Of a stretch of DNA of 34,648 nt, positions 10,410 to 22,133 are shown piece by piece. Each line of letters begins with the position of its first letter. The first letter of the stretch is position 1. Source of the stretch: a virus. Its lineage: Duplodnaviria; Caudoviricetes. The stretch is taken from IMG/VR virus record IMGVR_UViG_3300050343_000107, positions 1 through 34,648 of that record; one strand, written 5' to 3'. The notes under the pieces were generated by a model. It was not told the DNA's origin and did not search any database. It saw only the letters and a program-made list of their open reading frames with translations. The translations under genes and the position numbers were made by a program.

Positions 10410-13043
10410 TTACTTCCTCTTATAGAATCGTGGGGCATAGTTTCCTTCCCACATCATTGCGTTTACAGCAACAGGGAATGGTGAATTATTGAACATCCTG
10501 ACTTTAAAGTTTTCTGTACGCTGGTGTACAGGTAGTGTAAACACTGTTTCGTTGTCTAATGGCACGTCATTTGCTAGATAGTTGTTTGCTTCAATGACTG
10601 GATTTGTAAGGAACCATTCATCGATATACATCTTGATTACTGCATTAGCAGCTGGTGCAGAACTGAATACAATCGTTGTAGCGTTACTAAAGCTGAATGC
10701 TGTAGTAGCGATACCATTCACTGTAATCTTTACATCACTCCTGTCTTCGTAATCTAGATCTCGTTTATTAAATGGAAATGTAGTTGTAGATCCATCACCA
10801 GTAAAATCAATGCTATATGGGATTCTTCCCTGTTGTTTTACCTTAAAGCTCATGTTACCTGAAAGTCCTACAGAGAACTTCATTCTTGCAATAGCTAGGC
10901 TTGCAGTAAAGTCTGTACTTTTCTCTTCAGGTCGATAGTATGTAGTAGGTAGTTCAACATCAAAGTTATACTTAAAGCCTACGATGACATCACTAGCATT
11001 ACTAGTAAGATCTTTCTGTGGCACAATGAAGTATGGTCCCGTACCATCAGTACTTCGTTCTGGAGTAATGGTGAAGCCTGATTCAACAAATGAACCAGTA
11101 CTTGTATTACCTTTGATAATTAGAACTGGTGTAAGTTCTGATACATCATTGTAAGGTAAGTAGCATTTAGATAGATTATTGGTTGTGTCATATACAACGC
11201 TAGATGCTGTTGCATATAAGTCCATACAAGGATTAACTCTTTGACCTCTGTTGTTCACAATGATTGCCTGTTCAGGACTTTGGCTTAAAGCTGCCTTTAG
11301 TAGCACTACTTGGTTGCCTTGCTTAGTAACTGAATACATGTCATCTGAGTCGATGTTCATGAATTGTGTATTACCAGGCATGAACCAGCTTGTCCATGAC
11401 TCCATTAGGTTCTTCTCACCATCAGTGTAGTATCTAAAAATAAATACTTCTTTACCAGATTGTGAAGATAGTGCAATCATTGAGTTTTGAGGACTTGCAA
11501 TCAAATGATCAATGTTAGGTGAAATCCATTCCTTAACTACACGTGATAGGTCAAGTACTTGTGGGTTCTGTTGCTGTCCTTTGGTAACCATACTGAAGAC
11601 TCTTGTATAGCCAGGAGTCTTACTAATGAAGTTAATGTTAGTACCTACATCAACAGGGTCTACAGTGTTATCCATCTCATAGTTAGAGATAGCTCTGATG
11701 GTTGCCAGTGTTGGTGTAAGTACTCCACTATCAGAGAACAGAATGAACTGCTGACGTGCAGAGAACAGAATTACACCTTGTGCTGTAGGTAGTACTGCAT
11801 ACAGTGATGTAGGAATAATTGATGAACAACTAATGTCTACAGGATCTGAATCCAGTGTTGCTTGTGCTGTTTCAAAGTAAAAGTTGTAGTACTTGCCAGA
11901 ACGGCTCATACATACATTATCTTTTGACAGGAAGCCTAATCTGTTGTTATGGAAGAAACCTGCTGAGATCTTCTCACCTACAAAGCTTGGGTGGCTATTA
12001 GTTACTTCATCGCCAATCAACCTATCATCGTAGTTAATCTGTTGGAATACAAAAGTATTTGTTGATGAGTTGATTAATTCATGAGGCATGGTTGAGTTAT
12101 CTAAACCAGGCGACACGTTTGGTGATATCGTCTCTTCCCAGTAACCTCTACCATTTACACTGTTGTCAGCTTTGAAGACTGCGTAATAGTCATCTGTAGT
12201 GGTGATGGTATTAACAATCTTTACCTTATGACCATCATAAGATTCAATAGGCAAAAGTCCAATACTAGATACTTCGTCTTGGAAAGCAGAGATTCCAGTG
12301 TTGGATAAGCCTCCCCGAACTTTTAATATAAATGATGTTGGTGTTCCACTTACAACTCGTGTTATGTCAAGACTTGCAGTTCCGTTTCTGGTTACTGTCC
12401 AAGTTCCAGTAAAGTCTGCATTGCTAGCTGCTTGCTGTGCTGCAATACCAGTTGTAATTGCATCTTTAATGTTTGCACCGGCTTTTTCAGTTAGTACATC
12501 ATCAAATGAGTAGTCAGTAGTGTCTGCGGTTACTGTAAACTCAATGCCGTTAATTTCGATGTAATATTTAGCTTCAGGTATTGTACTTTCTAAAACAACA
12601 GTACCAGTACCGTCTGTTGTAGTTGCTGGAGTAGCTTGTGCTACAACCGTTACATCGTTATTAATTACAAGTGTGGTGTCTTGTACAGTAAGTAGTTTGT
12701 AATTTAGTTTTGTTCCTGAAAGGTATGCCTGAGCACCAGTGCCGTATGTAACAGTACATGCCGCACCGGTTACAGCATTCCAAATATAGATATCTGATCC
12801 TTTGATGCAACCAATGTAAATTTCATCATTATCTCTATTGATGTAGAACCACTTAGCATCATCATATGTTGAACCTGTTCCTAGGTTTGCAATATGCTTG
12901 AAGCCCGGTCTTTTTGTAAGACCATATGTTGCATCAGGGAATCCGTTGTAGCACTCACGGACCTGACCGGGAAGCATTTTGTCATCTGATTGTTTAGATA
13001 CTCCACCAAGGTAGTTAGGTATCCGTTGAGTTACTGCTGGCAT
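10410..13043 (-). CDS. Tail tubular protein B (gp12, nozzle)
   Basis: MPAVTQRIPNYLGGVSKQSD, GLTKRPG, PSFVG...FFHNNRLGFLS and C-terminal MMWEGNY motifs. Confidence 0.93.
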   Translation of the reverse strand: MPAVTQRIPNYLGGVSKQSDDKMLPGQVRECYNGFPDATYGLTKRPGFKHIANLGTGSTYDDAKWFYINRDNDEIYIGCIKGSDIYIWNAVTGAACTVTYGTGAQAYLSGTKLNYKLLTVQDTTLVINNDVTVVAQATPATTTDGTGTVVLESTIPEAKYYIEINGIEFTVTADTTDYSFDDVLTEKAGANIKDAITTGIAAQQAASNADFTGTWTVTRNGTASLDITRVVSGTPTSFILKVRGGLSNTGISAFQDEVSSIGLLPIESYDGHKVKIVNTITTTDDYYAVFKADNSVNGRGYWEETISPNVSPGLDNSTMPHELINSSTNTFVFQQINYDDRLIGDEVTNSHPSFVGEKISAGFFHNNRLGFLSKDNVCMSRSGKYYNFYFETAQATLDSDPVDISCSSIIPTSLYAVLPTAQGVILFSARQQFILFSDSGVLTPTLATIRAISNYEMDNTVDPVDVGTNINFISKTPGYTRVFSMVTKGQQQNPQVLDLSRVVKEWISPNIDHLIASPQNSMIALSSQSGKEVFIFRYYTDGEKNLMESWTSWFMPGNTQFMNIDSDDMYSVTKQGNQVVLLKAALSQSPEQAIIVNNRGQRVNPCMDLYATASSVVYDTTNNLSKCYLPYNDVSELTPVLIIKGNTSTGSFVESGFTITPERSTDGTGPYFIVPQKDLTSNASDVIVGFKYNFDVELPTTYYRPEEKSTDFTASLAIARMKFSVGLSGNMSFKVKQQGRIPYSIDFTGDGSTTTFPFNKRDLDYEDRSDVKITVNGIATTAFSFSNATTIVFSSAPAANAVIKMYIDEWFLTNPVIEANNYLANDVPLDNETVFTLPVHQRTENFKVRMFNNSPFPVAVNAMMWEGNYAPRFYKRK

Positions 13044-13658
13044 TTAACGATAAAGCGCGTTGTACGGTTTGTAGCTGTTGTATGTATTTGTTTCGCCGGG
13101 ATGTCCAAAGAAGGTGTAGTCACCTTGATTGCATTCATATTCCATAGCCATTGCTCTATTGAAAGTCTCTTTTTGCTTGAGCATTTCGTACTGTCCTGTA
13201 TCTCCAACAATTCGGCTTGACACTGTAGTTGCTGCTTTACTTGTAATAAAGTCAGCGATTGGTGTAGGAATATCTACCCAATCAAATAGCCAAGTGATGT
13301 CACAAGATACTTTCTTGGTGAATGTATATGTGTGATTAGCTTTGTCGTATAGTTTACCGCTTCGTCTGATTACATCAATCTGTGCATTAGCTGCATTCTT
13401 AGCTGCATCAATCTGCAAGATGTTATTTGGAATCGAGATTTCATTATTAGAGTCAGGAGTCATGTCATAGTGATACTCCTTATTGAATGACCATCCTTCC
13501 GCCTGTACTTCCCGTGAGACTTCTAACAAAGTCTGATAGGCAATCGCAACGTCCGGGTTGGTTTGATCTAGGGTAGTCACAGGCGCTTGACCACATGACT
13601 GTAGTATTTGATTTACAGCTGGCAGCTCTCGCTGTGCATTAGTGGTAGGAAAAGCCAT
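13044..13658 (-). CDS. Tail tubular protein A (gp11)
   Basis: ELPAVNQILQSCGQAPVTTL, EVQAEGWSFN motifs; follows the capsid gene. Confidence 0.93.
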   Translation of the reverse strand: MAFPTTNAQRELPAVNQILQSCGQAPVTTLDQTNPDVAIAYQTLLEVSREVQAEGWSFNKEYHYDMTPDSNNEISIPNNILQIDAAKNAANAQIDVIRRSGKLYDKANHTYTFTKKVSCDITWLFDWVDIPTPIADFITSKAATTVSSRIVGDTGQYEMLKQKETFNRAMAMEYECNQGDYTFFGHPGETNTYNSYKPYNALYR

Positions 13659-13671
13659 AATATTTTAAGGT

Positions 13672-13698
13672 AAAAAAAAGGGCCTCCGAAGAGACCCC
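13672..13698 (-). terminator. Intrinsic terminator after the capsid gene (T-phi equivalent)
   Basis: Minus strand GGGGTCTC-TTCG-GAGGCCC then T8; C(UUCG)G tetraloop hairpin plus U tract. Confidence 0.9.
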
Positions 13699-13713
13699 AA
13701 AAGAGTATTTAAA

Positions 13714-15528
<1,815 letters not shown>

Positions 15529-15569
15529 TTAAGTAATAGTTCATGGTTTAAGTAAAGCAATTAAGTAAG

Positions 15570-15620
15570 ACCATTTTAAAGACTTGGCTGTCTAGAGCTA
15601 GGGGAGGAATTGCACCTCCC
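15570..15620 (-). promoter_or_regulatory. Structured leader upstream of psbA (hairpin plus possible pseudoknot)
   Basis: GGGAGG-TGCAATT-CCTCCC hairpin (15602-15620); AGAC-AGCCAA-GTCT stem whose loop GCCA can pair with downstream TGGT. Confidence 0.5.
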
Positions 15621-15625
15621 TTATT

Positions 15626-16393
15626 CTATTTAGCTTTAACGTTTGAACTTTCAAGTTTTGACATGACCTCTTGTCGATAAGCAGGGTCACGGTCATAGCG
15701 TGGGTCTTGCATTGCAGTCACCACTTCGGCTTGGCTTTTAAAGCCTCTTGTATTATTTGGAGCTGCCTTACCTTGTAGAAGGTTTCCCTCTACACCGGTT
15801 GAATCTTTGTACCGATAAGACAGGGCTTGCATCGCAAAGTAAGCAGCACCAGGATTGCCTGAATCCATAACGGAGTCATACATACTGATCTCTTGTTCGT
15901 TGAGATTGTCATTTGCCCACTCCAACATCTGCGAGTAAGCCTTGTCGCCACCCACAGAGTTCTTTAGATTACTGGCATCTGATTCAGTAAGTACTTGCTT
16001 GTCTTGTGTATTATTATATCTATAGTCAAGATACATTTTCGCAAGATCTTCAGGCTTTGCCTCAGCAAGCTGTTTCAAAGTATCTTCAGTGAACTCACCT
16101 TTTGATTCTTCATATAGACGATCAAATAAGGATGAGTCAGCAGAAGGTTCTTCTGTTTCCTTTTCTGGTGTTTCTGTAGTTTCTTCGGACTCCTCACTTT
16201 CTTTAGGAGCACCTAGTTTTTTCTGGAGTTCGATGTAAGCAGATTCAAGCTCTTCAGCATTTTTGTATTTACCAGCAAGCATTGTTTCTTGCTGCTGCTC
16301 CATCTCTTCTCCGATCTGCAGAGATTCTTGTTCGTCTGCATTTAGTTCTCCCTGACTATTTTCGTCAGAGAGCATTGACATTACTTCTGCCAT
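15626..16393 (-). CDS. Capsid assembly scaffolding protein (gp9)
   Basis: LAGKYKNAEELESAYIELQKKLG and FKSQAEVVTAMQDPRYDRDPAYRQEV motifs. Confidence 0.93.
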   Translation of the reverse strand: MAEVMSMLSDENSQGELNADEQESLQIGEEMEQQQETMLAGKYKNAEELESAYIELQKKLGAPKESEESEETTETPEKETEEPSADSSLFDRLYEESKGEFTEDTLKQLAEAKPEDLAKMYLDYRYNNTQDKQVLTESDASNLKNSVGGDKAYSQMLEWANDNLNEQEISMYDSVMDSGNPGAAYFAMQALSYRYKDSTGVEGNLLQGKAAPNNTRGFKSQAEVVTAMQDPRYDRDPAYRQEVMSKLESSNVKAK

Positions 16394-16400
16394 ATATTAC

Positions 16401-17983
16401 TTATTGAATTGGTGGTTGTTGTTCCTGTGCCATTGCCATTTCTTGTGCCTGTAGTTCTCCATTTTTAGATGGATCCATTGCAGGTGTCTTCATTGCATCA
16501 ATTGCATCTGCTGTTGTTGCATTGCCATTTGTTGTTGCATCATGCCAGCTTGTTCCTGCTGTACTTCTTGCATTGAACGTACAAGATTAAGTACATCAAT
16601 ACCTTGTGATGCAGCAAGCCGTTTAATTACCTCATCTGTATTGATGAATTGTGAAATAGCTTCGGGACCGAGAGTTTGTGCAAGTGTTGTTAGGAATTGA
16701 CCGAGACTTTCTCTGTCCTGTCCGCGACCAAGTGCATTGATACCTGCAACGATTGTAGGTTTGACAATGTTCTTAGGAATCTTAGGGATCTCTCCCTTCT
16801 TCTGAGCATCTGCTAGTTTTTTATTCAGATAAGGAACAAGGAAGTCAACAGTTAGAAGGCTGAATAATCCGCCAAGTTGTTGTTCCAGTTCCATTTGAGT
16901 CATACGCACCTCTTCAGCTGTAGTGCGTTCTGACTGCCTGATGTTCATAATTAAGAATGCATCACTAAGTCTGCGTTCTAAAGTTCCTGCCATTTCATAA
17001 GCAGTTCTGAAGTCAGCTGTCTTACCAACTTGAATGACACCAATGTCATCAGGTCTTCCTTGAATGATTGCTCCATTGCCTGCTGCTGCCAGTGTGGAAG
17101 GCTTAGTTGTACTTGAAGGTGATACTGTAAATACTACTTTTGCAGCTGCTGCAGAGCCTTCTACTAGTGCCTGAGAGAGTCCTTCAAGTGACTTAAGATC
17201 ACCAATGAATTGACCTACTCTTCCACGTCCGTAGCCTTCACCATCAACAGTATTGAATCTCAATGGAATCCAAGGATTGATATCAAGGGGTGCTTTACCC
17301 TTTGAATCATTTAGTACCTTGTCATTTACTTCTTGATGCCAGACGTATCTATTGTTATCACGTTTGATATGCGTGTAAACATCTACGTCATCACTGTACT
17401 CATTCTCATCTGTTACTTGATTTGTTTCCAATACCTCTTTAGGTAATTGACTCTCAATCAAGTCTTTTGAAATTCGTTCTTTGGTTACTATTTCAATCAC
17501 TTGACCGTTGCCATCCCGATCCACAACGTAGCGATTCAGAGGATATACCTTAAGTCCATACTTACTCATATAAACTAGAGCGTTACCTGCTACTACAAGA
17601 TGTAGTAATGCTTGGTGTACTGCAACTCGATCATCCGACGCAGAGATTGATTCCAGAATAATTCTTTCTACCTTTGCAAAAGATAGATCAAGTTCTGATT
17701 TCATCTCTGGTGGGAATTGTTCACCGAGTTGACTTTCGTCTAGTTGTAACTTAAAGAAACTAGTCTGTACAGGTAGCAATGCAAGCATTAATTTACTTGC
17801 TAATGTCACACAACCTTTCGCCCCTACTGATTGGTAAGGAGTCTTAAGTTGTTTCATACCTGACATGTGTTCTTCATGTCCACGGATTAAATATGGAAGG
17901 GTAAGCTCTGATGCTTGACGTGCTTCTTCTAGGAATTGGGAACGGTCGCTTGCTAAATAGTCATACCTTGTTCTTGCTGACAT
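16401..17983 (-). CDS. Portal (head-to-tail connector, gp8); indel near 16500
   Basis: YQSVGAKGCVTLASKLMLALLP, GEGYGRGRV, ERTTAEEVR motifs; Q/M-rich tail continues in another frame (DAMKTPAMDPSKNG...) to the stop at 16401. Confidence 0.95.
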
Positions 17984-17988
17984 TTAAT

Positions 17989-18630
17989 TTAAATATTAAG
18001 GGATTTAATTCTCAATCCTGTACGTGCAAATGAACCTTTCATACCTTGTCGATTCAGTTTTGCAGTATTTGAACTGTCTGGTGCAGCACCTTTGACTCCA
18101 AGCACACTCTCTCTTGTCTGAGGATTCTGTTGTGCAGTCAAAGTATTCTTCATTTCAGACAAATTATTCTGATATGTTTGCTGCTGTTGAGCCATACTAT
18201 TTTGCAAAGCAGTCATCTGTGATTGGAAGCGGCTCTGTACAGCATCCAGTTGTGACTGATTATTTGCCAAGATGCCTGCTACATCAATACCTTCATCTTT
18301 TTTATTTAGTGAAGCAAAGTAATCCTGTGCAGCTGGTCCCCAATTAATCCCTTCGGCTTGTCCCCTAGCTTGTACTGCTAGCGGATCCATACCAGTAGCA
18401 ACCGCCCTTTGTACTGATGACAAACCAGCCGAATTAGCGTTTGTGTTGCCACCAAATTGACCAATATGTGTATTGTAATATTGATTAATTTTTTGTTGCG
18501 CTAATGTACCAAATGCAAATCCTTGCTGTTGTGATTTCCTTGATGCATCACGGATGGTCATATTGTTATTGGCTAGTGCTCTATCCAGTGCACCGAGACC
18601 ACGACCGCCGTATGTATTAATAAAACTCAT
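17989..18630 (-). CDS. Putative virion assembly protein (gp7.3 position), 213 aa
   Basis: Intact ORF directly upstream of portal; Gln-rich coil and basic C-terminus GSFARTGLRIKSLNI. Confidence 0.55.
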   Translation of the reverse strand: MSFINTYGGRGLGALDRALANNNMTIRDASRKSQQQGFAFGTLAQQKINQYYNTHIGQFGGNTNANSAGLSSVQRAVATGMDPLAVQARGQAEGINWGPAAQDYFASLNKKDEGIDVAGILANNQSQLDAVQSRFQSQMTALQNSMAQQQQTYQNNLSEMKNTLTAQQNPQTRESVLGVKGAAPDSSNTAKLNRQGMKGSFARTGLRIKSLNI

Positions 18631-18645
18631 TAGTTCTAATTGTTG

Positions 18646-19355
18646 TCAAGCATATTGAGGGAGGTTGACATTACTATGCTCAAAGAATGCTGGCATCCGT
18701 GCTGACTTAGTAAAAGAAAGCTCAGGAGCTTTACCTTCATACATCAAGCGATCACTGGAATCCAGCCAAAATTTTTTATCTAAATATTTATCGGCACTAT
18801 TACCGAGTGGTTGCATCACCCAATTGATAGTTGCCTTGCGGAGTTTATCAAGAGAAGGACTGACTAAGCCCCAGCTCCGACAAACAAGACTATTGGCAGC
18901 AACGTGAATTTGTTCATCTCTACTTATATCCGCACTTACTGTTCGCATTCCAGCGTCACCATTAGCGCGAAAGAATGGTAAAAGAACGAAGAAAATTGCA
19001 CGTTCGGCAACCATTGCTTTGAGGATCGTGTGATCTGGATGCGCTGTCCAAGCATCCGTGAGCCGTATAGCTTCCGATTCAGCCTTTTGGTCAACCCCGT
19101 AAGCATTGGCAATGTAACCAAGTGCCAAGTCGTGGTTTTCTTCGTCTTTGACATTTGATTCCAGTAACTCCCTCGATAGCTTTGGTACGTCGGTAACCAA
19201 TGCATCACGGATAAAATCTCCCACAGGTAGTTCCATATGTCGCAACGCAAGAGCACGGAGTACCGTCTCTTCCGCCCCTGCCTTGCATGTACCGGCAGTT
19301 GTCTGGACTGGTGTCCATTTTCGTTTTCTGTTTAGTAGTTTTCGTAAGGGTTCAT
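18646..19355 (-). CDS. nrdB: Ribonucleotide reductase small (beta) subunit, ferritin-like
   Basis: Carboxylate ligand motifs MELPV, DEENH, AERAIF, DEQIH; probable start MNPYE at 19355 overlapping the nrdA stop (ATGA). Confidence 0.8.
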
Positions 19356-20717
19356 TCTTGACAATCACATTGTAAGTTCTTCATTTAAAATGTCCTCCAA
19401 ATAATTTTCTACATCTTCTGCAAGTGCAGCATATGCATCAGTCTTATCTTGTGTATCACCCATTACTTGTAGTGAGTAATAGAGGCTAGTTTGCGGAGAC
19501 CTAAGCCACTCTTCCACGAATTCATTGTCGTAGGTCACCACGTCACTCCAAGAGTTGAAGCTGTAACCATGAAGAAGTCCTGTGCGATCAAGTAATGTCA
19601 TCATTCCATCAGCTACTTGCTTATAAGCATCCCAGCCAACTTCTGAAGCAATCTCTACATCGCCATAGTTATATGTTTGTACACCGAATGTGCCGCTGTC
19701 ACGGTCAACTGTTCTGCTGATAGGTGGTGCAATCTCTGGTGTAGCAGTGAAGCCATCTAGATCTTCTGACCTATAGCTACACGATGCGGTAGGTGCAATA
19801 GCAAATGCACGTACCATTTTATATTCCTTGCTATCTGTGCTGCTTGGTTAATGCCGGAGGCAATCTCTGACACTAACTCAAAGGCTGGTGTGCGTACACT
19901 CTCTCCACGATTGTATTGAGACAATGCTTACCAAACTGCCGGTACGTTATGCCGTACCTTCGTAGCAAGTTGGCAAGTCCGAGCATTCCCAGTCCGACTT
20001 GTCTGTCGACTTCTGGTTTAAGATATTCTCCCCACTATCACCGATGCCAGTTCTGAGTGGAGGGCACACAATTCCGACATACCTTCAACAAAAGCTCGCG
20101 AGATATTCCCGAACTCACAGGCAGATAGATTGACATGCTGCAACAAGCATGTTCCGCGTGAGGGCAGGTATACTTCCAAGCATACGTTGCCTCTGATTCT
20201 GTTTCCTTCATTGTCATACTTAACTTTGTTTAGCCAGATGTCTCCTGACTTGATTCCATAAAGTAGTTCTTCCTTGAACGTACAATCCTGCCACCACTCT
20301 TCAGTGATGTTGATGCATCGTTTGACCCAAGGTAACTCGGCTCTACTAGCAGTAATAAAGTCAATAGCATCTGGGTGGGATAAATCGAGATGCAAAACAA
20401 TTGCACCATTTTTATAATGCCCACCCCGTCGTAGAATCTCATTTAGTGAAGAATAAATTTTACCGAAACTTACAGGTCCACTTGCCATAACACCTGAAGG
20501 ACGTACATACCCCTTAGGATCTAGTTTTGATAGATGGATTGCACAACCTGCACCGAAACGTAGGGCGTGACTAGCGAAGCGCCAGCTGGCCTCGATTCCA
20601 TTTGCTACCTTCCATTTCATTTTCAACTACAAACACTGTGCAGCTGACAGGTAACCTTCCTTTAGGATTATCAATCCAAGATTGAACCCGTCCTGTACGG
20701 GAAATTAAATTAGTCAT
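19352..20717 (-). CDS. nrdA: Ribonucleotide reductase large subunit (cyanopodovirus type), frameshifted
   Basis: RLPVSCTVF, GNVCLEV, TCLLQHVNL, IAPTASCSY and C-terminal CDCQE across several frames. Confidence 0.9.
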
Positions 20718-21088
20718 TAAATTAAGTCGTCTAAAATTGGTGGAGCGTAGTTTGGTCCTTTAAGAACCTTTGCCGTCAGCTCTGTAGATCGGCTTACCGT
20801 CTTGATCCAGCTTGGACATGTTTGATCTGTGTATTCTTCGCATGGCTTCATCTAGATCCCACTCTTGGGATGCAGCCATCTGAAAGCAGACATACACAAG
20901 GTCTGCTAACTCCTTAAGTTGTTCACACTCATCCTTTAAATGAAATGCTTCATGGAACTCACTCCACTCCTCATCAATCAAAGCCTTCTGACACCTTTGC
21001 TTCTGATTCCCATTCGTCGTAAGATTGTAAGCTGACGCGGAATTCCTCCGCCTGATCCATCAATGTTTGAGTGTGTTGTATAGTTCAT
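20717..21088 (-). CDS. MazG-like NTP pyrophosphohydrolase, frameshifted (start uncertain, 21088 or 21060)
   Basis: LIDEEWSEF...LKELADLVYVCFQ...HRSNMSKL...GKPIYRADGK and KGPNYAPP motifs. Confidence 0.85.
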
Positions 21089-21257
21089 TCTCTAAATAGT
21101 GGATTGCTTTTTTTAAATCTTTTACTTTACTGTCTTTATGACCAGCACGGCAGATATATTTAATTGCACAGCCAAGGTGATAGTTTAGTTGTTGGTCTCT
21201 TATGAAGTCCCAGCATTCGATGGAGCCTCTGGTGTAGTAGGCAGGTGAGTTGGCCAT
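21060..21257 (-). CDS. DUF3310 / T7 gp1.7-like protein
   Basis: SPAYYTRGSIECWDFI...LGCAIKYICRAGHKD...DLKKAIHYLE. Confidence 0.8.
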   Translation of the reverse strand: MANSPAYYTRGSIECWDFIRDQQLNYHLGCAIKYICRAGHKDSKVKDLKKAIHYLENELYNTLKH

Positions 21258-21455
21258 TGTTTTAACTAGGTTGGATACGGTATTAGCTAAGGCAAAGTTC
21301 TGACGTTGTAACGCCATGAATAATGTGATGATGTCTTCCTTATCTGCCTTAGGTAAAAGATCTTCTAGTCTTCGCAGCTTGAATGACTGCTCAACTGTCG
21401 GCTCGATAATCGGGGGTGGGGGTCCAAGGAATGACGGTGTGTTCGATTGGGTCAT
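21200..21455 (-). CDS. nblA: NblA-like phycobilisome degradation adaptor (one apparent indel near 21260)
   Basis: PTVEQSFKLRRLEDLLPKADKEDIITLFMALQRQNFALANTVSNLVK(Q)W follows the NblA helix-loop-helix pattern (L-S/T-L-EQ-F ... L--Q ... L-K-W). Confidence 0.65.
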
Positions 21456-22133
21456 AGTCTGTTACAAGTAAGGATTCGTGCTAGTCGTGCATTCATTAGT
21501 GCATCGTCTTCTGTAAGATCTTTGTCTTCAAAAGCTTTGACTACTGTCTTCCACGTGTAACCGTCCTCTTCAAACAAAGCAACTGCACGTTTGATTCCAA
21601 TACCAGGCACACCGCTGTAGCCATCAGTTTGGTCACCGGCTAATGTCTGAATAAGATGCCACTTAGCACCTTCAATCAGGATCAATCGTGGTCAACTCTT
21701 TCATGTCAAATAGTTTGCCAGGTATCTGACGCATATCTTTGTCAGGACTACAAATAATATTATCAATGTGAGCTGTTGCATAAATACCCATAGCATCATC
21801 TGCTTCCAGCGTTGGTACTTGATAACTTCATAGCGTTCTGCTAGCTGTGTGATAACTTTTCTGTAACCACAAGGCTTCTTACGATTTCGATGACCCTTGT
21901 AATCGGGATAAATTTTCTTCCTAAAATTCTTAGAGTCACTAAAGAAAAGAATCATTTCAGGTACGTCCCATACAAATTCATTCTTGATCTTTGTTAGGTC
22001 ACGTTCTACATTCTTCAATGCTTCAGAGAATCTTACTGACTACAGTAATTACATCATCACCCCAATCAATATCTTCTTCTGCACCTGCACAGGCTTTGTA
22101 GACTATGTAGTCAGCATCAATGAGTAGTTTCAT
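21391..22133 (-). CDS. 5'-3' exonuclease (gp6), frameshifted
   Basis: MKLLIDADYIVYKAC, NFRKKIYPDYKGHR, QTLAGDQTDGYSGVPGIG, NARLARIL motifs. Confidence 0.92.

Noticed and set aside
21060-21455. 131-aa single protein
   Set aside because: Better explained as two overlapping genes (NblA-like and DUF3310) joined by one extra A.
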